From assembly GCA_023515725.1 (NCBI GenBank), contig JALDTO010000266.1, positions 2,046,762-2,110,761 of the forward strand: DNA of 64,000 nt, read 5' to 3'. This DNA is from Amoeboaphelidium protococcarum X5. Its lineage: Eukaryota > Fungi > Aphelidiomycota. Positions 46,130-59,313 of the stretch are shown here, piece after piece. Made by a program: the position numbers and the translations under genes. The notes beneath the pieces are model-generated. The model was not told the origin of the DNA and made no database searches. It was given only the letters and a program-made list of their open reading frames with translations. Within the stretch, counting starts at the first letter, position 1; each line of letters begins with the position of its first letter.

Positions 46130-47128
46130 ATGATGCAGGTGTTGATACAATTGATAGCTGTCTTGTGTTGTTTGCAAATGGCGCTTGCCGTCATACCTAC
46201 ATTTAGAAAAATGAGTGACGACTCAGCTGTGATGAAAGAGATTGAGTCTCACGCGCACAAGTTGGCCTCCATTGATGGAAGTGGTGAAGCGCGTTTGCTC
46301 ATTTTTCGTGATTACATCCGAGGTGAATTTAGGAACTGGGGAATATACTTTGACCAAGTGTCACAGCCTGTTATCGCGTAGATCGCGCCCATTCTTAGAA
46401 AAAACGATGAGCCTCTGCCTATCATCATACTGAGTGCAACCTATGGCAGCTTGAACTAGAATTCAGTTTTTGGAACGGCTCTGCTGCTGACATTGGCTAA
46501 TCATTTGCATTTGGAATCTGTGAAAGAGGTCTCCTAGTTGCAGTGTGAAGTTTGGTTCGTGTTCAAACGTGCGCGTGAATATGATAATAGTCTTGGCTTG
46601 TCTGAGTTTTAGATATTCGCATCTTAATTATCTCTGAAAACCAGGGCTCAAATCATTGGTGTGTTTGATGTATAAAACATTGGCTCATCCAGCTCTGACA
46701 ATTTCCCAGTCGTGTTTAACAATGTGAAAAGCTAGAAGTCGCTGAAATTACTCCATAGCTTAACGTCCGTATCTTAAACCTTTAATCTAAAGCCTTTTTG
46801 GCTGTAGAATGAAGATTTATTTTACTACAAGTTCAGCGATCGTAGTGAATTCTTGAAAAGTGAGTTGTTCAACGTATTTAGAGCGTGTATGAAGCCGTCT
46901 GTGCACCCTACGCAGGCATTGTCGCTTCTGGAGCATAGAACTGATTTATTCCGATAGGAAATGTCCAATTTACCTGCAATTGCTGTTAGTGATGGGTCTT
47001 TCAGCGAGAATGATCTCTCTGATAGCAAGTTTTATATTGGAAATTACCAACTTCTCACCTTGAGGTCGCTGATTTTGGCACTCATGTTCACTATCGTTGA
47101 TGAAGAAGTACAATTTAACCTGGTGTGA
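46130..47128 (+). CDS. Secreted or ER-lumenal protein with degenerate M28-peptidase-like fold (nicalin/glutaminyl-cyclase-like)
   Basis: 333 codons. Signal peptide, then LPIIILSATYGS..NSVFGTALLLTLA and IIGVFDVQNIG. Canonical zinc ligands appear lost. Confidence 0.6.
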
Positions 47129-47286
47129 GTTATATTGATGGAACGAGACTAATATTATGATTGAATGAGTTACAGGAAATAATAAAAATACGATCATAAT
47201 CTCTAAAATGATAGAATTTATTTTCTTAGTTTCATTAATAAGCAGTAAATACTGTCACAAATTCAACCAGGCGAAATGCACACGTA

Positions 47287-49857
47287 TCAGTGATCACCGT
47301 CAGCTGGTTGCTTTGTGTACTTAAGAGGCTGTATGATCTTGCCCGGTTTAACGATAACGCGGGGTTGAATCAACTTATTATGGACACTAACAGTATTCCA
47401 CTCCTTTCCAAGAGGTATTCTAAGGGACGCCTCATACTACTCTCTACTCTTATACGGGAATGGGATAGTATCAACTAGGTACTTGCTAGCAAACTTCTTG
47501 TCCTTCTTCTCTGTAATGATGACACGCTTCATGCCGCGATCTTTACGATTCGCCTTCTCAACACCACCAGATTTTGTCGTAAATCGCATAGAATTTTACA
47601 GAGCCTTCTACTTTTGCTTCTTGCTCACACCCGCACCTTCCCAGTGGCCCCATCCCGGGAGTCGATTGTCAACTTCCTGAGGCGCTTCTTCAAATGCGAA
47701 AGCCTTCTTCTCTTTCTGGAACTCCTTGTCAATAACATTATCATCAGCAAACGCCATCGAGATCAAATCTTTTTATGAAGTGAAGGTAATCTCAGGCTCG
47801 ACATCTGATAGCTCTGCTGTAATAGACGGAGCATCACTTTATTGGCTAGCCGCTCTGCTACATACAGGGCGCTTAGTAGATGAGGTACTATTCTTACCAT
47901 CTTAAGTAATAAATTCGGAAACGACTTGATCCTCATCGATAAAATAATCCTGATTCTGGAGATCGTCATGCTCTCTATCACTATCAACTGGAACTTGCTT
48001 CTAATTTTGACTCTGTTTAGGCCCGAACTACATTCTCCCAGAAACTGGAGCATCATCTTGAGCTTCAACTTTCTCGTAGTCATCTCTCTTGAAAGACTCC
48101 AAATATTGTTTTCTATCAGCAATCATTGCGTCTTTCATAAACTTCATTGCATAGACACCCTTTACGCCAACGTCAGACTTGATATCATCGATCGACTTCT
48201 AAATATCTGCAATCAAATCATTTGGCTCAGAGTTGACATTCTATGACTCCTCCACATCTTCATCATCAGTGTCTTTACCAGCAATTTTACGCGTCAGTTA
48301 CTGATGCTTCTCGATCATCGCCATCATTTTCAATCTATCCAAGTCCTATTCGCCTTTGTACTCAAAATTCTTACGCTGGCTGAGACGATGACGCAAAGTG
48401 ACACGTTCTTCTGCACGCAATCTCTCACTTTCATCAGCATCAATCTCCAAAATAGACGGATCCTATGAAAGACTGCCCACATCAAGATCATCATTGTTCC
48501 AAGCAGATAAGGCAGATAATTTCGCCTCTTCCCGCTTCTTCTCCTTCTTAAGTAATCGCTTAAACTTCTTGCTCTTCACTTTGGCAGCACGCTTGCTCTT
48601 AATCTCAGAGTAAAACAGAAGTGCTCGCATTTTTAGCAACTCCTCCCTATTCTTCTTTACATCTTCCATGGTTAAGCCTTTTACATTCATTGGAAGTTGC
48701 TTCTCTTATTCTTACTCCTTCTTCAAAATCTGATCAGTGTTACCAACTTTAGCCTTGTTCAGCACTGATAGAATCTGAGCCTCAAAGTCATTATTCTATG
48801 GCGAACTAAACTATTTAGAATCAAATGAAGCAACTAAAGCCTTGGTGCTTGTACCCACTGTGACATCATTACCACCTTACGACTGAGGCAGTGGAAACAC
48901 CAATTAGTCTGCGCGACGATTCAATTAAACTATCGGAGTCCATTTACTGATCTCCTTCTTAGCTTACTTATAAGCCACTTCTCGCTCCACTTTCTCTTGA
49001 TGTAATGCCGGTAGAGGAACCGCCAAACTTTGAATCTATTATAAATTCTTGTCAGCATCTGATGATTAAATGACCTGACCAGTTAGTAGAGACTGCAAAG
49101 AGACTTTCTACTGCGCATCGCGTAAAGAAATGCCGACATGATATTCGCTTTCATCGTACGCCTCAGTCAATTCTTTATTCTTCAACAATTTATCTTCCCG
49201 ACTTGCAGCCTTGCTCGATTTACCATATTAATTCTGCAAATCATTCATGGCAAAAGTTAAAGCTGACTGTAAATCTGCCTACTCATCATCGCTTGAGCCA
49301 TCGCTAATAGCAAGATGTTGGTCGCTTTCACTATCATCATAACTCTAAATGCGAAGATTGACGCGTTATTTAGACTTGACAGCGGTAACATCACGCTTCA
49401 TCTAGGGATTATCATATTAGCCAGTATTAGCATCGGAATCGGAATCGAACGCTTCACCTAGCGGAACCGCATCAGCATCATCCTCGAAATCAGACGGATC
49501 ATCCTCAGATTACGATTCATCAGAGTCACTATCGCTATAAGCCAAACTCTTTCCCTTAGAAGGTCCCTTCTATTTATCAAAGAAACTACCATATCTCATC
49601 TCGTCATCTTCATTGAAAGCGTCATCTTCAGAGATCTCTTCGTCATCGCTGCCACTAAATCTCTGCTGCTCATTATCTCCCAAATCCATGCCTTCATGAG
49701 CATCAGAATCAAACGCGTTTAAATTCTGACTCTCCTACTACTCTTCATAAATATCTTAATCCTACTTTTACTTTTTCTATCTCGATCTGCGGTCACTGGT
49801 GCTGGGCCCAGACGATGCAAATGGTTTTGGTATAGTGTATCTTCGTTTTTATCCCAT
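47287..49857 (-). CDS. UTP14: U3 snoRNP protein Utp14
   Basis: 857 codons. EREVAYK..ISKWTPIVQLNRRADQLVFP, KRAAKVKSKKF, RAEERVTLRH, AFADDNVIDKEF, LPGWGHWEGAG, PLGKEWN. Confidence 0.95.
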
Positions 49858-50722
49858 TTTCACAATCGAGTTCTAAGCTCTTACGCAGAAGAGAGAGAGA
49901 TAGAGAGAGAAACGAGCCTGGTTAACGAAGTTTAAAAACGCAATAATTTATTTTGTAGTTAAGCTCAATTTGCAAGAAATGTGTTTATTAATCTAATTAA
50001 GTTGGCTCGGTATGTTTCGTCATACGTCTACAGTTGGAGACATTATATGCTGACTGTGGATTTAAAGCGCGCGAGTGATAAGAACTGGTCACTGCGTAAC
50101 GCGAGATGTAAGGATCTATGTTGAATGACCAGTGAAGTATAAACCGCAATCTACTCGTAGACTTAAACAAAAGATATAGAGATATCGCTTAATGTTTTAA
50201 ATGGTTTATATGCAGCTTTGAGTATCCTTAGCAGATTGATGGGGACGGGCTCATATCTGTCTTGTCTATAAACTGGGCAGTCAACTATAAACTTGCCCAG
50301 AAGCAGCTGCTTAGATATTTCGTTTTATTGTCGAATTGAAGTTTGGAACATTTCAAAATCTCACGTGAAATTGGCTATGTAGTGGTGCAACTTGGCAATT
50401 ATTGTTGCATGATATACAATGAATGATGCGCGTTCACTGTTTTGATAAGGTCATATCTCTTAGTATAATTTGGTGGAAGTCATTTTGCTTTAAATCTGCA
50501 TGGTAAGTTTAAGAACTTTTTGACTCTTCTTTGATTGAATAATGATGATAAAAGCATGCTCCACATGAACTTCTTTAGTTTGAAAGGTTGCCTGTCTGAA
50601 TGGCGTTAATTTTTGAAATATCTGCAGTTGTGCGAAAGTTTAATTATTAGCGAAAGAAGGTAAAGTTTATCAACATGTCCTAATTAAGTTTAATATGAAT
50701 GATGAAACAATCATTGATCAAT

Positions 50723-51502
50723 TCAAAGTGCTCTGGTGGTGTTGAGCAAATGCTACAACGTGCGTGCTACCAGAGAGTTACTATCCAATACTCTTAGTTA
50801 GGAGCTGTCCGCCTTACTTCTCAATGTAATATAGACTCGATTGCGTCTTCTCTGATTGGGAACATTAACTAGCGCTATGCTTTAACCAACACGTAAATCA
50901 GCTGATATCTTTAATGCGGATTCACCGTAGCAATTGAGTACAGCACTTCCAGTCCCATCGTAGAGCAAAATTATCGTGTGTGCATTTGCCTCTTTGATTT
51001 GGATGTTATAAATTATCCCAACCATTTGACTAGCCTTCGACTATGCAACATTCAGGAAAGTAATTTTGTTCAGTAGGCTGCACTCGTCTCGCGTATACGT
51101 CTCAGCTTCAAACTTATATACAGAAGAGGAGACCAGCCACTTCACCACTCTAATGTTCAGAGTACAATCTGGACATTTGGGGTAAGGAGAGCATCCCAAG
51201 TCTTAAACAGAGTCTTTAATGGTAGTTTCGAATATCAAGTTTGTCTTATCGATACAAACCACGTCCCTCACCAGAATAACGTCATCTACGTCTAGATCCA
51301 AACTCGACATGGTACCATTACCAATTAACACGCGAACTTGATCATGGTCACCCTCCACAGTTGTCACTAAAGAGTAGCCATCCTTGTAAGAACATTGTTA
51401 TTACACAATTGTAATCAAACCACTAAATGTAAAAAGTCTTTTGTACCCGTAAGCATGGTGGTGTTAAGCTAGTAAACTTGTATAGATTGGTGCAGAATCT
51501 GA
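50723..51502 (-). pseudogene. POT1/TEBP-alpha-like tandem OB-fold ORF without an intact start
   Basis: 260-codon open frame bounded upstream by TGA 51503-51505. APIYTSL..FTFSGLITIV..YSLVTTV..VDDVILVRDV (OB1-like); IILLYDGTGSAVLNCYGE..LRVGQSIALVNV..LRVLDSNSLVARTL (OB2-like). Confidence 0.5.
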
Positions 51503-51700
51503 TCAAGAGTTGAAACCGTCAGTGAGAACTCCACGAGTTCAGCCGCATGAAACTCTGAAACGGACTGTTTCAGACTGCCTCTACCGGGATTGGAAAGTCT
51601 GCCCGATAACTGTAAGAGGAGGCACTGAGCCTCTAAAGTATGTACATCACTTGGAAAAGGTTAGAATGGTTAATAAAAGGGGGGAACCGCCGAGGCCGGT

Positions 51701-51808
51701 ACATCATCACGATGCGGGGCTTTATCCAAAGCGAGGACATCATCACGATGCAGGACATCATCACGATGCAGGGCTTTATCCAAAGCGAGGACATCATCAC
51801 GATGCAGA
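51701..51808. repeat. Minisatellite: 54-bp unit x2 built from four ACATCATCACGATGC cores
   Basis: acatcatcacgatgc at 51701, 51737, 51755 and 51791; ggctttatccaaagcgagg occurs twice. Confidence 0.9.
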
Positions 51809-53038
51809 AGCACTGTCGCCAATGCCTAAATATGCGATAACTATAAAATGAAGAGAGAAGAGGAGAAGAAAGAGAATGAGGAGTGGATGGGATTTTATAG
51901 CCGAGTACAACAAATAAACAAACAAACGAACGAACGAACTCGCGCGCGCAACGCACTAACGCGACAAAAACAAAAACAACGACATGGAGTGTGAAATATG
52001 TAACTACCGTAGAAGGATAAACTAAAGCACCTACACAGGATTGAATTAAAATATCATTCTCAACCATTGTTAGTGAGTCCAGTATATGTCTAGGTATTTC
52101 TACACAGACATGGGTATGACTAGTGATAACCAAAGTCATGCTCAAATTGATAGAGGATGGGAGTACTGTATGCTGTGTTGAGAAGTTCAAACATAAAACT
52201 GTACTGATATTGAATCTTCCAAGTGGAGTCAGTACTCGGCAGATAGTCTGCTGATATCACCAGATGAAGAATTTAGTTGCTTGCTTATTACTTATAAGTC
52301 AGCTGCTAGATACAACACTAGTATTTCTCTTTCAATGTCATGCCGCCTGTCTGATGACTGAAGCGATCTCAAATGGAGTGGACACTTTTCCTTAAAGCTC
52401 ACATCAACAATCAGGATTAAACTACAAATGACTCTTTGAAACTTCTCAAAGTTTGATCAATATCTGATGTGGGCTTTTGATGACAGATATAAGTTTCCAT
52501 TTAAGGTTGTTTCATTTTGAGGCCATGACTTTTAAGCGCACACTTGAACATTGGCAATGGGATAAAGTCTAACCTTCGATAAACCAACTCAGAATTCTAT
52601 TTAGATGATACAATGGCCGCGATGATGATTTGCAATCTTCATTCAGATAGTTATACTTATATAGATCTGCCCAAAAATTGAAGTCATGCGGCCAATATCA
52701 AGTCAATATGTGACGCGAACTTTGCCTCGTCTTTAGCATACAGACGCGAACTTGCAGCTAAATTTAATATTGACAATTTTTCGCATGGTTAAAAATATGT
52801 ATAACATTTTTAAGAGAATTTAGTCCATGAGAAATAGGATGCTGATTAGTGGTCGCCTCTAATCGGACTCTCGGGAAACATAGTTGAATGCAAAATTGTG
52901 ATTCGTTATTACGTTCTCTTTTATATGCTTTTGGTCTCTCTCATCTTAAACCTTAATACCATAGTACATTATTTTGATAAATTATTACTCACTATCCTGT
53001 AAATCCCGAAAAGTCTTTGAGCCAGAGCAATATTAATT

Positions 53039-53623
53039 ATGATGCTGCGATAAATGATCTCGCCTCGTACAAGCATGCAATACGTCAGCATGGGTATATC
53101 TTTATCTGGTACTTACTTGCTGCATAGAAATAATTTTAGAAATATCTCACAGGTCTTGGTTGTCTCAGTGATCGCGAATCTTACTATAGTTGTCGCAAGC
53201 TGCTTCATAAGTCATAATGCGACTAATTTCAGGGCCATCGTACAGATTGCTTTGAAAAACTTTATCACTCTCTGGATGCTGATGTTTTTTATGGGCGCGC
53301 CATTGCTGAATGTAAGTGCTGAATCTTTCATCAACGTGGAAACGGCTCTATTTGCACTTCATCTGACTCTTAAACTCTTACTAGTAGATCACGGGGAGTT
53401 GGTTGAAACACCTAAAACTGACAATCGATTGATATCAGGCCAATTGCAAGTCATATTAATCTTAGCTGCATGCTGGGTCTGTTCTGTATTTTCCTTGATG
53501 GATTGGGAAAAGCCTTATCAGACTTGGCCTATTCCTAATTACATTGGCTCGGCAGTTGGTCAAGTCATGTCCATAATTTTAATGCTGATGCAAGGCTAAG
53601 TGATAAAAGACAAGTAGTAATGA
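53039..53623 (+). CDS. GPI11: GPI anchor biosynthesis protein PIG-F/Gpi11
   Basis: 195 codons, hydrophobic. FMGAPLL, ETALFALHL, LMDWEKPYQTWPIP. Confidence 0.85.
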
Positions 53624-53640
53624 AACAATCGACATAGAAC

Positions 53641-54180
53641 TCATTGTTGTTAGCTTAACGCGTCATACGACTCTCTACTACTACCGCCAACGCTACCACC
53701 AGCGCGTTACTTGGCCTTCTGTTCATATTCACGCAATAGAGAGAACAAGAGCGGCTCTTAAATTTCGTCTAAAGGATTTAGTCCAATTTCAGTCTAGATG
53801 ACTTGTCGCAGCTCCGGATCAAAAGTTTCAGAGGATCCGACTTCAGCAGCGAGAACTCCATTTGAATGTTTCAAGTCAAAGCACAGCAGAAACTCGCTGA
53901 TCATGTCCAGAACCAATCTACCCTCTCTGCTAGCTTTCATCTGCTCCAACTTAGAGTTTTATGACGATTGTTCACTCCTATCATTCTTCTATTATCTACC
54001 ACGGTCTTAAACGCTGTCATTCCCCTTCCGCTCTCTACCAGCAAGTACAATATCTGAAATTCCTGATCGCAATTCAGCTTTTACTCTGCTAAGTACTCCC
54101 TTCTTCTCTAACGTTTCAGATACCAACTATTTGAGCTGCAGTAAATCATCCTGCTATCTATACACAGATCCACTAGACAT
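53641..54180 (-). CDS. FOP/FOR20 (CEP43/CEP20) family centrosomal LisH-like protein
   Basis: 180 codons. LKQLVSETLEKKGVLSRVKAELRS, EGRLVLDMISEFLLCFDLKHSNGVLAAEVG, EPLLFSLL. Confidence 0.8.
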
Positions 54181-54559
54181 GATTGCGAGTTTTGAATATT
54201 ATTATTGTGAAGTAGTAATCCAGGAAACAAAGCTGTAAACGGTTAAAAATGATATGAATCTAGATCAAAGATGATGAACTTTTTTGTTGATAGAGTAGCG
54301 AATTAAATAATGATTTGAGTCTTATCTTCTAATGCATACACTTTACAAGATATAATAATGGACAAATTCTATTTCCCGTTTGCAGATGAGTCCGCAGTTG
54401 ACGTGCTCATGATTTTGTAAGCAGATCGCGCTCGCGGTTTCCCCTTTTACTTTTTAACTCTTCAGCAGTCGGTTAATAATTTCAGCATAATAAATATTCT
54501 ATCGAGGTAATAGGTTTTCTTTTAATTACATTTATTCATTACAATCTTAAGCAGCGGAA

Positions 54560-56464
54560 ATGGGACTTTTATCGAAAGGGACACCTATGCATTGGGATGA
54601 GGCCAAGAAGCACGCAAACCATGTGAGGCAGCATGGAATATCGTAGCTGATAAATATTTACAAGCGATCGAAGGACCGTAGAGATGATCCGCTGCTATGG
54701 GGTGATGAGATTGAGTATGTGCTTGTGCATTTCGACAAGGATCAAAAGAATGCTGCGCTAAATCTGCGAACATCATTAATACTGGATTAGCTCATAGAGG
54801 CTGAATTGTAACCGGGATATGGATCTGTGGGCTCTTGGAAGCCTGAATATGCTAGATACATGCTAGAAGGGACGCCGCTCCGTCCATATGAGTCTTCGCT
54901 TGAATCTTTGCTCGAGGTTGAGCGTAATATGAAAGAGCGGAGAGTTTAGGTAGAGCAGTTGTTGAGTGACCGAGATAAAGATTCTCTATTGTCAATCACC
55001 AACTTCCCATCGCTGGGTGTTCCAAAGTGTTTTTATACTGGCGAATAGAATGCGGTATTTACTTATGAGGCTGCTTAATCTCATTTTATTCCAGATTAGG
55101 CCATCGCTCCTCATGCAAGATTCCCGACGTTGACTCGTAATATAAGACTCAGACGCGGATCCAAGGTGGCCATTAATGTTCCTATTATGCATGACACTAA
55201 CACACCTTCTCCTTTTCAGGAAGGTTATCACGATTCATAAAGTGCACAGTACTGTCCTGATGCCAAGATTGATCATATTTATATGGACTGCATGTGCTTT
55301 GGAATGGGATGTTCATGCCTGCAATTAACTTTTCAGTCTGCCGATGTCACGGAAGCTCGTGATATGTATGACCAACTGGCGGTCCTGGCTCCTATAATGT
55401 TGGCTCTTACAGCAGGCAGTCCTATTTATAGAGGACACCTTGCGGATGTTGATTGTAGATGGAATATAATTTCCGCTAGTGTTGATGATCGCACACCCTT
55501 TGAACGTGGGTTTGTTACTGGCGATTAAGGTGCTGAAGTTCGTGGCAGTGTATAACGTCGCATAATGAAGTCTCGCTACGACTCTGTATCCACTTATTTA
55601 TCTCAGTCTTCACACCTCACCACTGAATTGAATGATATTCCATTCGTGTTCGATGAGTAATTGATGGATAGATTGAAGCATGAAGGAGGTTTAGATGACG
55701 TTCTTGCCAAGCATTATGCTCATCTATTTATTAGAGATCCATTGGTTATATTCTCAGAGCTCTTGGATTAGAATGATGATACGTCTGCAGATCATTTTGA
55801 GAATATACAATCCACCAACTGGCAGACTGTGAGATTCAAGCCTCCGCCTTTAAATTCTAATATTGGATGGAGAGTGGAATTTAGATCCATGGAGATTCAT
55901 ATTACTGAATTTGAGAACGCTGCCTTTGCTTGCTTTATGAATCTGGTATATCGTACAATCCTCCATTTCAAATTGAATCTATATATTCCGCTAAGTAAGG
56001 TTGACTATAATATGCAATCGGCTTAGAAAAGAGATGCAGTCAAGCTGTAAAAGTTTTACTTCAGGCCTTTAGTAGTCTCATATGCTAATGGCTCTGCTAA
56101 CGGAGCAAGTATGGGTAATGGCAATGCTGGATAAGAGTGGCGAATGATGTCTATTAATGATATCATGAACGGCTCGGAAGGTAACGTCGGTCTCATTCCA
56201 ATGGTGAGAATGTATCTGGAAAGTCAAAGAATATCTCCAGAATTGTCACAAACCTTGGAGTCATATCTATCACTCATATCCAAGAGAGCTGGTGGCGAAC
56301 TTAAAACTACAGCTGCCTGGATGAGATAATTTGTTATGGAACACCCAGATTATAAACATGACTCTGCTGTATCCTCCCTTATCAACTATGACTTATGTGT
56401 GGCCATTAGAGACATTACAATTGGCAGGCTGGTACCCAAAGATTTATTACCTTCTAAAAAATGA
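54560..56464 (+). CDS. GSH1: Glutamate-cysteine ligase catalytic subunit
   Basis: 635 codons. [75 protein letters not shown]. Confidence 0.97.
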
Positions 56465-56549
56465 AATTTCAGAGATAAAATTAATATAAATTTAATTTAC
56501 AGTACTCATTAGATATATACTAGCTGTCTCGAATTTTATTAACATTTAA

Positions 56550-57689
56550 TCAGACACTATTGACGGTATAGGTATCAAATTCCCCACTCTCACTACCTTC
56601 ATAGCGTGATAAGGATCTCAACTCCGCCGCATCTTGGTTAAAATTCAGCAATGTCTACGCGGCTTCCATCACCTGTACAGACTAATGTTTATTCAATAGC
56701 AAAGTCTTGACATATTTCCATGATTCGTGATGCTCCCAAATGTGCTTCGCTAGACAGCTCTAATTTTTGTAAACTTTACCACAGGTTGGACACGACGAAT
56801 CTTTCAAATCGCGCTTAGAACTTTTGCTAGTATCACAACTTTTATCCTCCAGCTATTATTCCACATTACAATGCTCAGAGTTATTCTCATTCTAGTGATC
56901 ACAAAGACTGTCCGGAGATGACGCCAGGCGAAGATGCTTCACGGCCCTTTCATCAGACACGGCCACCGCCCTATACATGCCAGGGCTCTTGCTCTCTTCA
57001 CTAGGCAGGCTGACACTATCAGCGGAGACAATATTACCACTACAATCTACACCAGAATTATTTTCATCATCAACGCAATCTGATGCACTTGCAAGTGGCT
57101 CAACTTCACGGTAAAACCGTTTCCGAGATGGAATCGCATCGTGTTTCAGCGGAGTCAGATGGGGAACCAGTGACTCACCACCAGGATGCTTTGCATCGAA
57201 TCTAACAGGGCCAAGCAACTGTTACTACTACTATTACTACTACTACTTATTCTTGTTATAGTAAGATTCAGCCGACTTTTAATCTACACCGTATGGGAGT
57301 CCAAAGAAATTTTACCATGGCGGAAGATAAGTAGGAGCAGCAGCGATCACAGGAGGCGGCAAAATCTGCTGCGAATCGCGATAAAAGTTTACTTCACGCA
57401 TCGAGGGCAGAAAATGACGATGATGTTATAATTAATTTCCCATCTAAGGCATACCATTCATGCGAGCAGCATATCCATGATTCATTGCTGTGGGTGGATG
57501 ATGATCTAAGTATGCATAAGTCTATATCTACGGCACAGGCAACCTCGGACGAATAAGCTTATAAGCATCTCGATTGCTGCCAGGAGCAGGAGGATGAGCA
57601 CCTCCGTATGAAACTGTGTGCCTTCTCTACTACTGACCAGAACAGTTCATATCTGTGCTACTAACGTTCTTGTTGTTATCCCTTTCCAT
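56550..57689 (-). CDS. Single C2H2 zinc-finger protein (fungal-type KHxWEH...KHQxVQxxEAA family)
   Basis: 380 codons. CPTCGKVYKNQSCLAKHIWEHHESW...NKHQSVQVMEAAQTLLNF, with a disordered Q/P-rich N-terminus. Confidence 0.8.
57222..57245 (-). repeat. Poly-Gln tract of eight consecutive TAG/TAA codons
   Basis: The minus strand reads AAG TAG TAG TAG TAA TAG TAG TAG TAA CAG in the zinc-finger gene frame. Confidence 0.85.
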
Positions 57690-58548
57690 TTATATCTTTG
57701 CACTGAGCAGCGGATGATGAGGTGGAGATTATTCAGGTTTCTTCTCAGGACTCTTTTTATAAATTTACACAATTCAGAAAAACGACAAACAAAGTCCGAC
57801 GCGATTGTTGATCTGCGAAACGATGACAATATTCACGTGTGTTTAGCAGTCGTAAGGATGCTGGTGGATGACGTACTTGGTGGGACTTTGGTGCTAGTCC
57901 TGATCGGTCAATACAAGCCAATAACAACAACAACTGTCAGCGGATGATGCAAGCGAAAGCAAGATTAAAAAATTTTTCTGTGCTGTGCCACATTTTAGAG
58001 GCACAAATCTTTTCAAGGGGTCGATGAGAGAATTCCCCATGTGTCATCATGACAGTTTAAAAATTTTCAGTTTAGGAGTTGATCAAAATGGCTATTTTGT
58101 AGTGAACTTGAGGGAATCCTTTAGAATATTTAAAGGAAAATATTGGCGATATGTCTTGAATTGTTGGAAGTAACTAAATATTACATATTCATTGGCCAGT
58201 TCGGCTGAAAGTTCAATGGAAGCTCACATCATTTCCTTCCAGTTATAGAAGACTATCAGTCTTGGTTATACATGGTAAAAGTCTTCCATTATTGAATTTA
58301 TAATCATAGCAGAATATCACCGAAATTCTGATAGCTTTGCAACTCACTTGTGACATACATATACGCAAACTAATTGACTTCAGCATCATCAAAATGACGT
58401 AAGATTCAATCTTCATCATCAATGATTCGCCGACAGGAGATTTAGCCGTCTTGATTCGCCTTCACTGTCTTCAGTCATAAAAGTCGTCAACGCTTTTTCA
58501 TCTTTTCTTTCTTTTTGAAGAATATAACAATTCACTGAAAGTTAGACT

Positions 58549-59109
58549 ATGAAAATATTTCACACTTGGTCCACTATTAACCATCCATGGTAGCAAGTCA
58601 CGATTGCCTAGTGGAGAAAGTATCCGAATGAATTTTCGCCGCAAGTGCTGCACGTTGATATCCTAGATCGACACATCAATGAGAAAGGATAACTGGTGAC
58701 TGAGAGGTTGATTGCATGTCAACAACCACTTCCTTCATTATTCAAACGATTCTTTAATGTAGAAGATGTCATTCTATTTAAGGAATTTAGTATTGTTGAT
58801 CCGATAGCGAAAGAGTTTAAAGCGTCCACTCAGAATATTACGTATGCTGATCTGGTCGAGATGAAGGAGGACATTGCATATATGAGTAATGCTCAGGGAA
58901 ACGATGGTGATAATGAATGTACGCGGTTTGACTAGACAGCGTCTGTTGAATCTGTTATTGGTGGCTATTAGAGAGTAAAGAATCAAGTTGAGGAATTTTG
59001 TGTGTTAAAGTTTAAAAGTAACGCTGAGCGTGGTAGAGGTGGCTTGGAGTTTGCAATTCAGAAGATATTCTCCCCTGCTGAAGATTCTGAAGAGGACAAG
59101 TAGATATGA
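58549..59109 (+). CDS. UPS2: PRELI/MSF1 family lipid transfer protein (Ups2/SLMO type)
   Basis: 187 codons. MKIF..HPWQQVT..WRKYPN..VLHVDILDR..LVTERLI..FKSNAERGRGGLE. Confidence 0.88.
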
Positions 59110-59313
59110 TGCTTTCCACTGTGTATGTGTGCAATGTACCAATAGACTAGATTGTAAAAAGTATACATTTCACCTTTAGGATTGAATGCTTTTATAGCGG
59201 TGATTGCAAAGATTAGCAGTTAAGTGCAGTAAAAGCGAAAGGCTCAAGTCTTTATCGATCGTAATCAAATTATTTTTATTATGTCAACCTTTAACTGGCT
59301 AGCTACTTCAAAA

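Noticed and set aside
51701-51808. CRISPR-like array
   Set aside because: The 'spacers' are identical or only 3 bp, there are no cas genes, and the context is eukaryotic; it is a tandem duplication.
51510-51851. Plus-strand His-rich ORF (HHHDAGLYPKRG repeats) as a metal-binding peptide
   Set aside because: It starts at TTG and the repeat is just the minisatellite translation; the promoter-like signals point to the minus strand. Not fully excluded.
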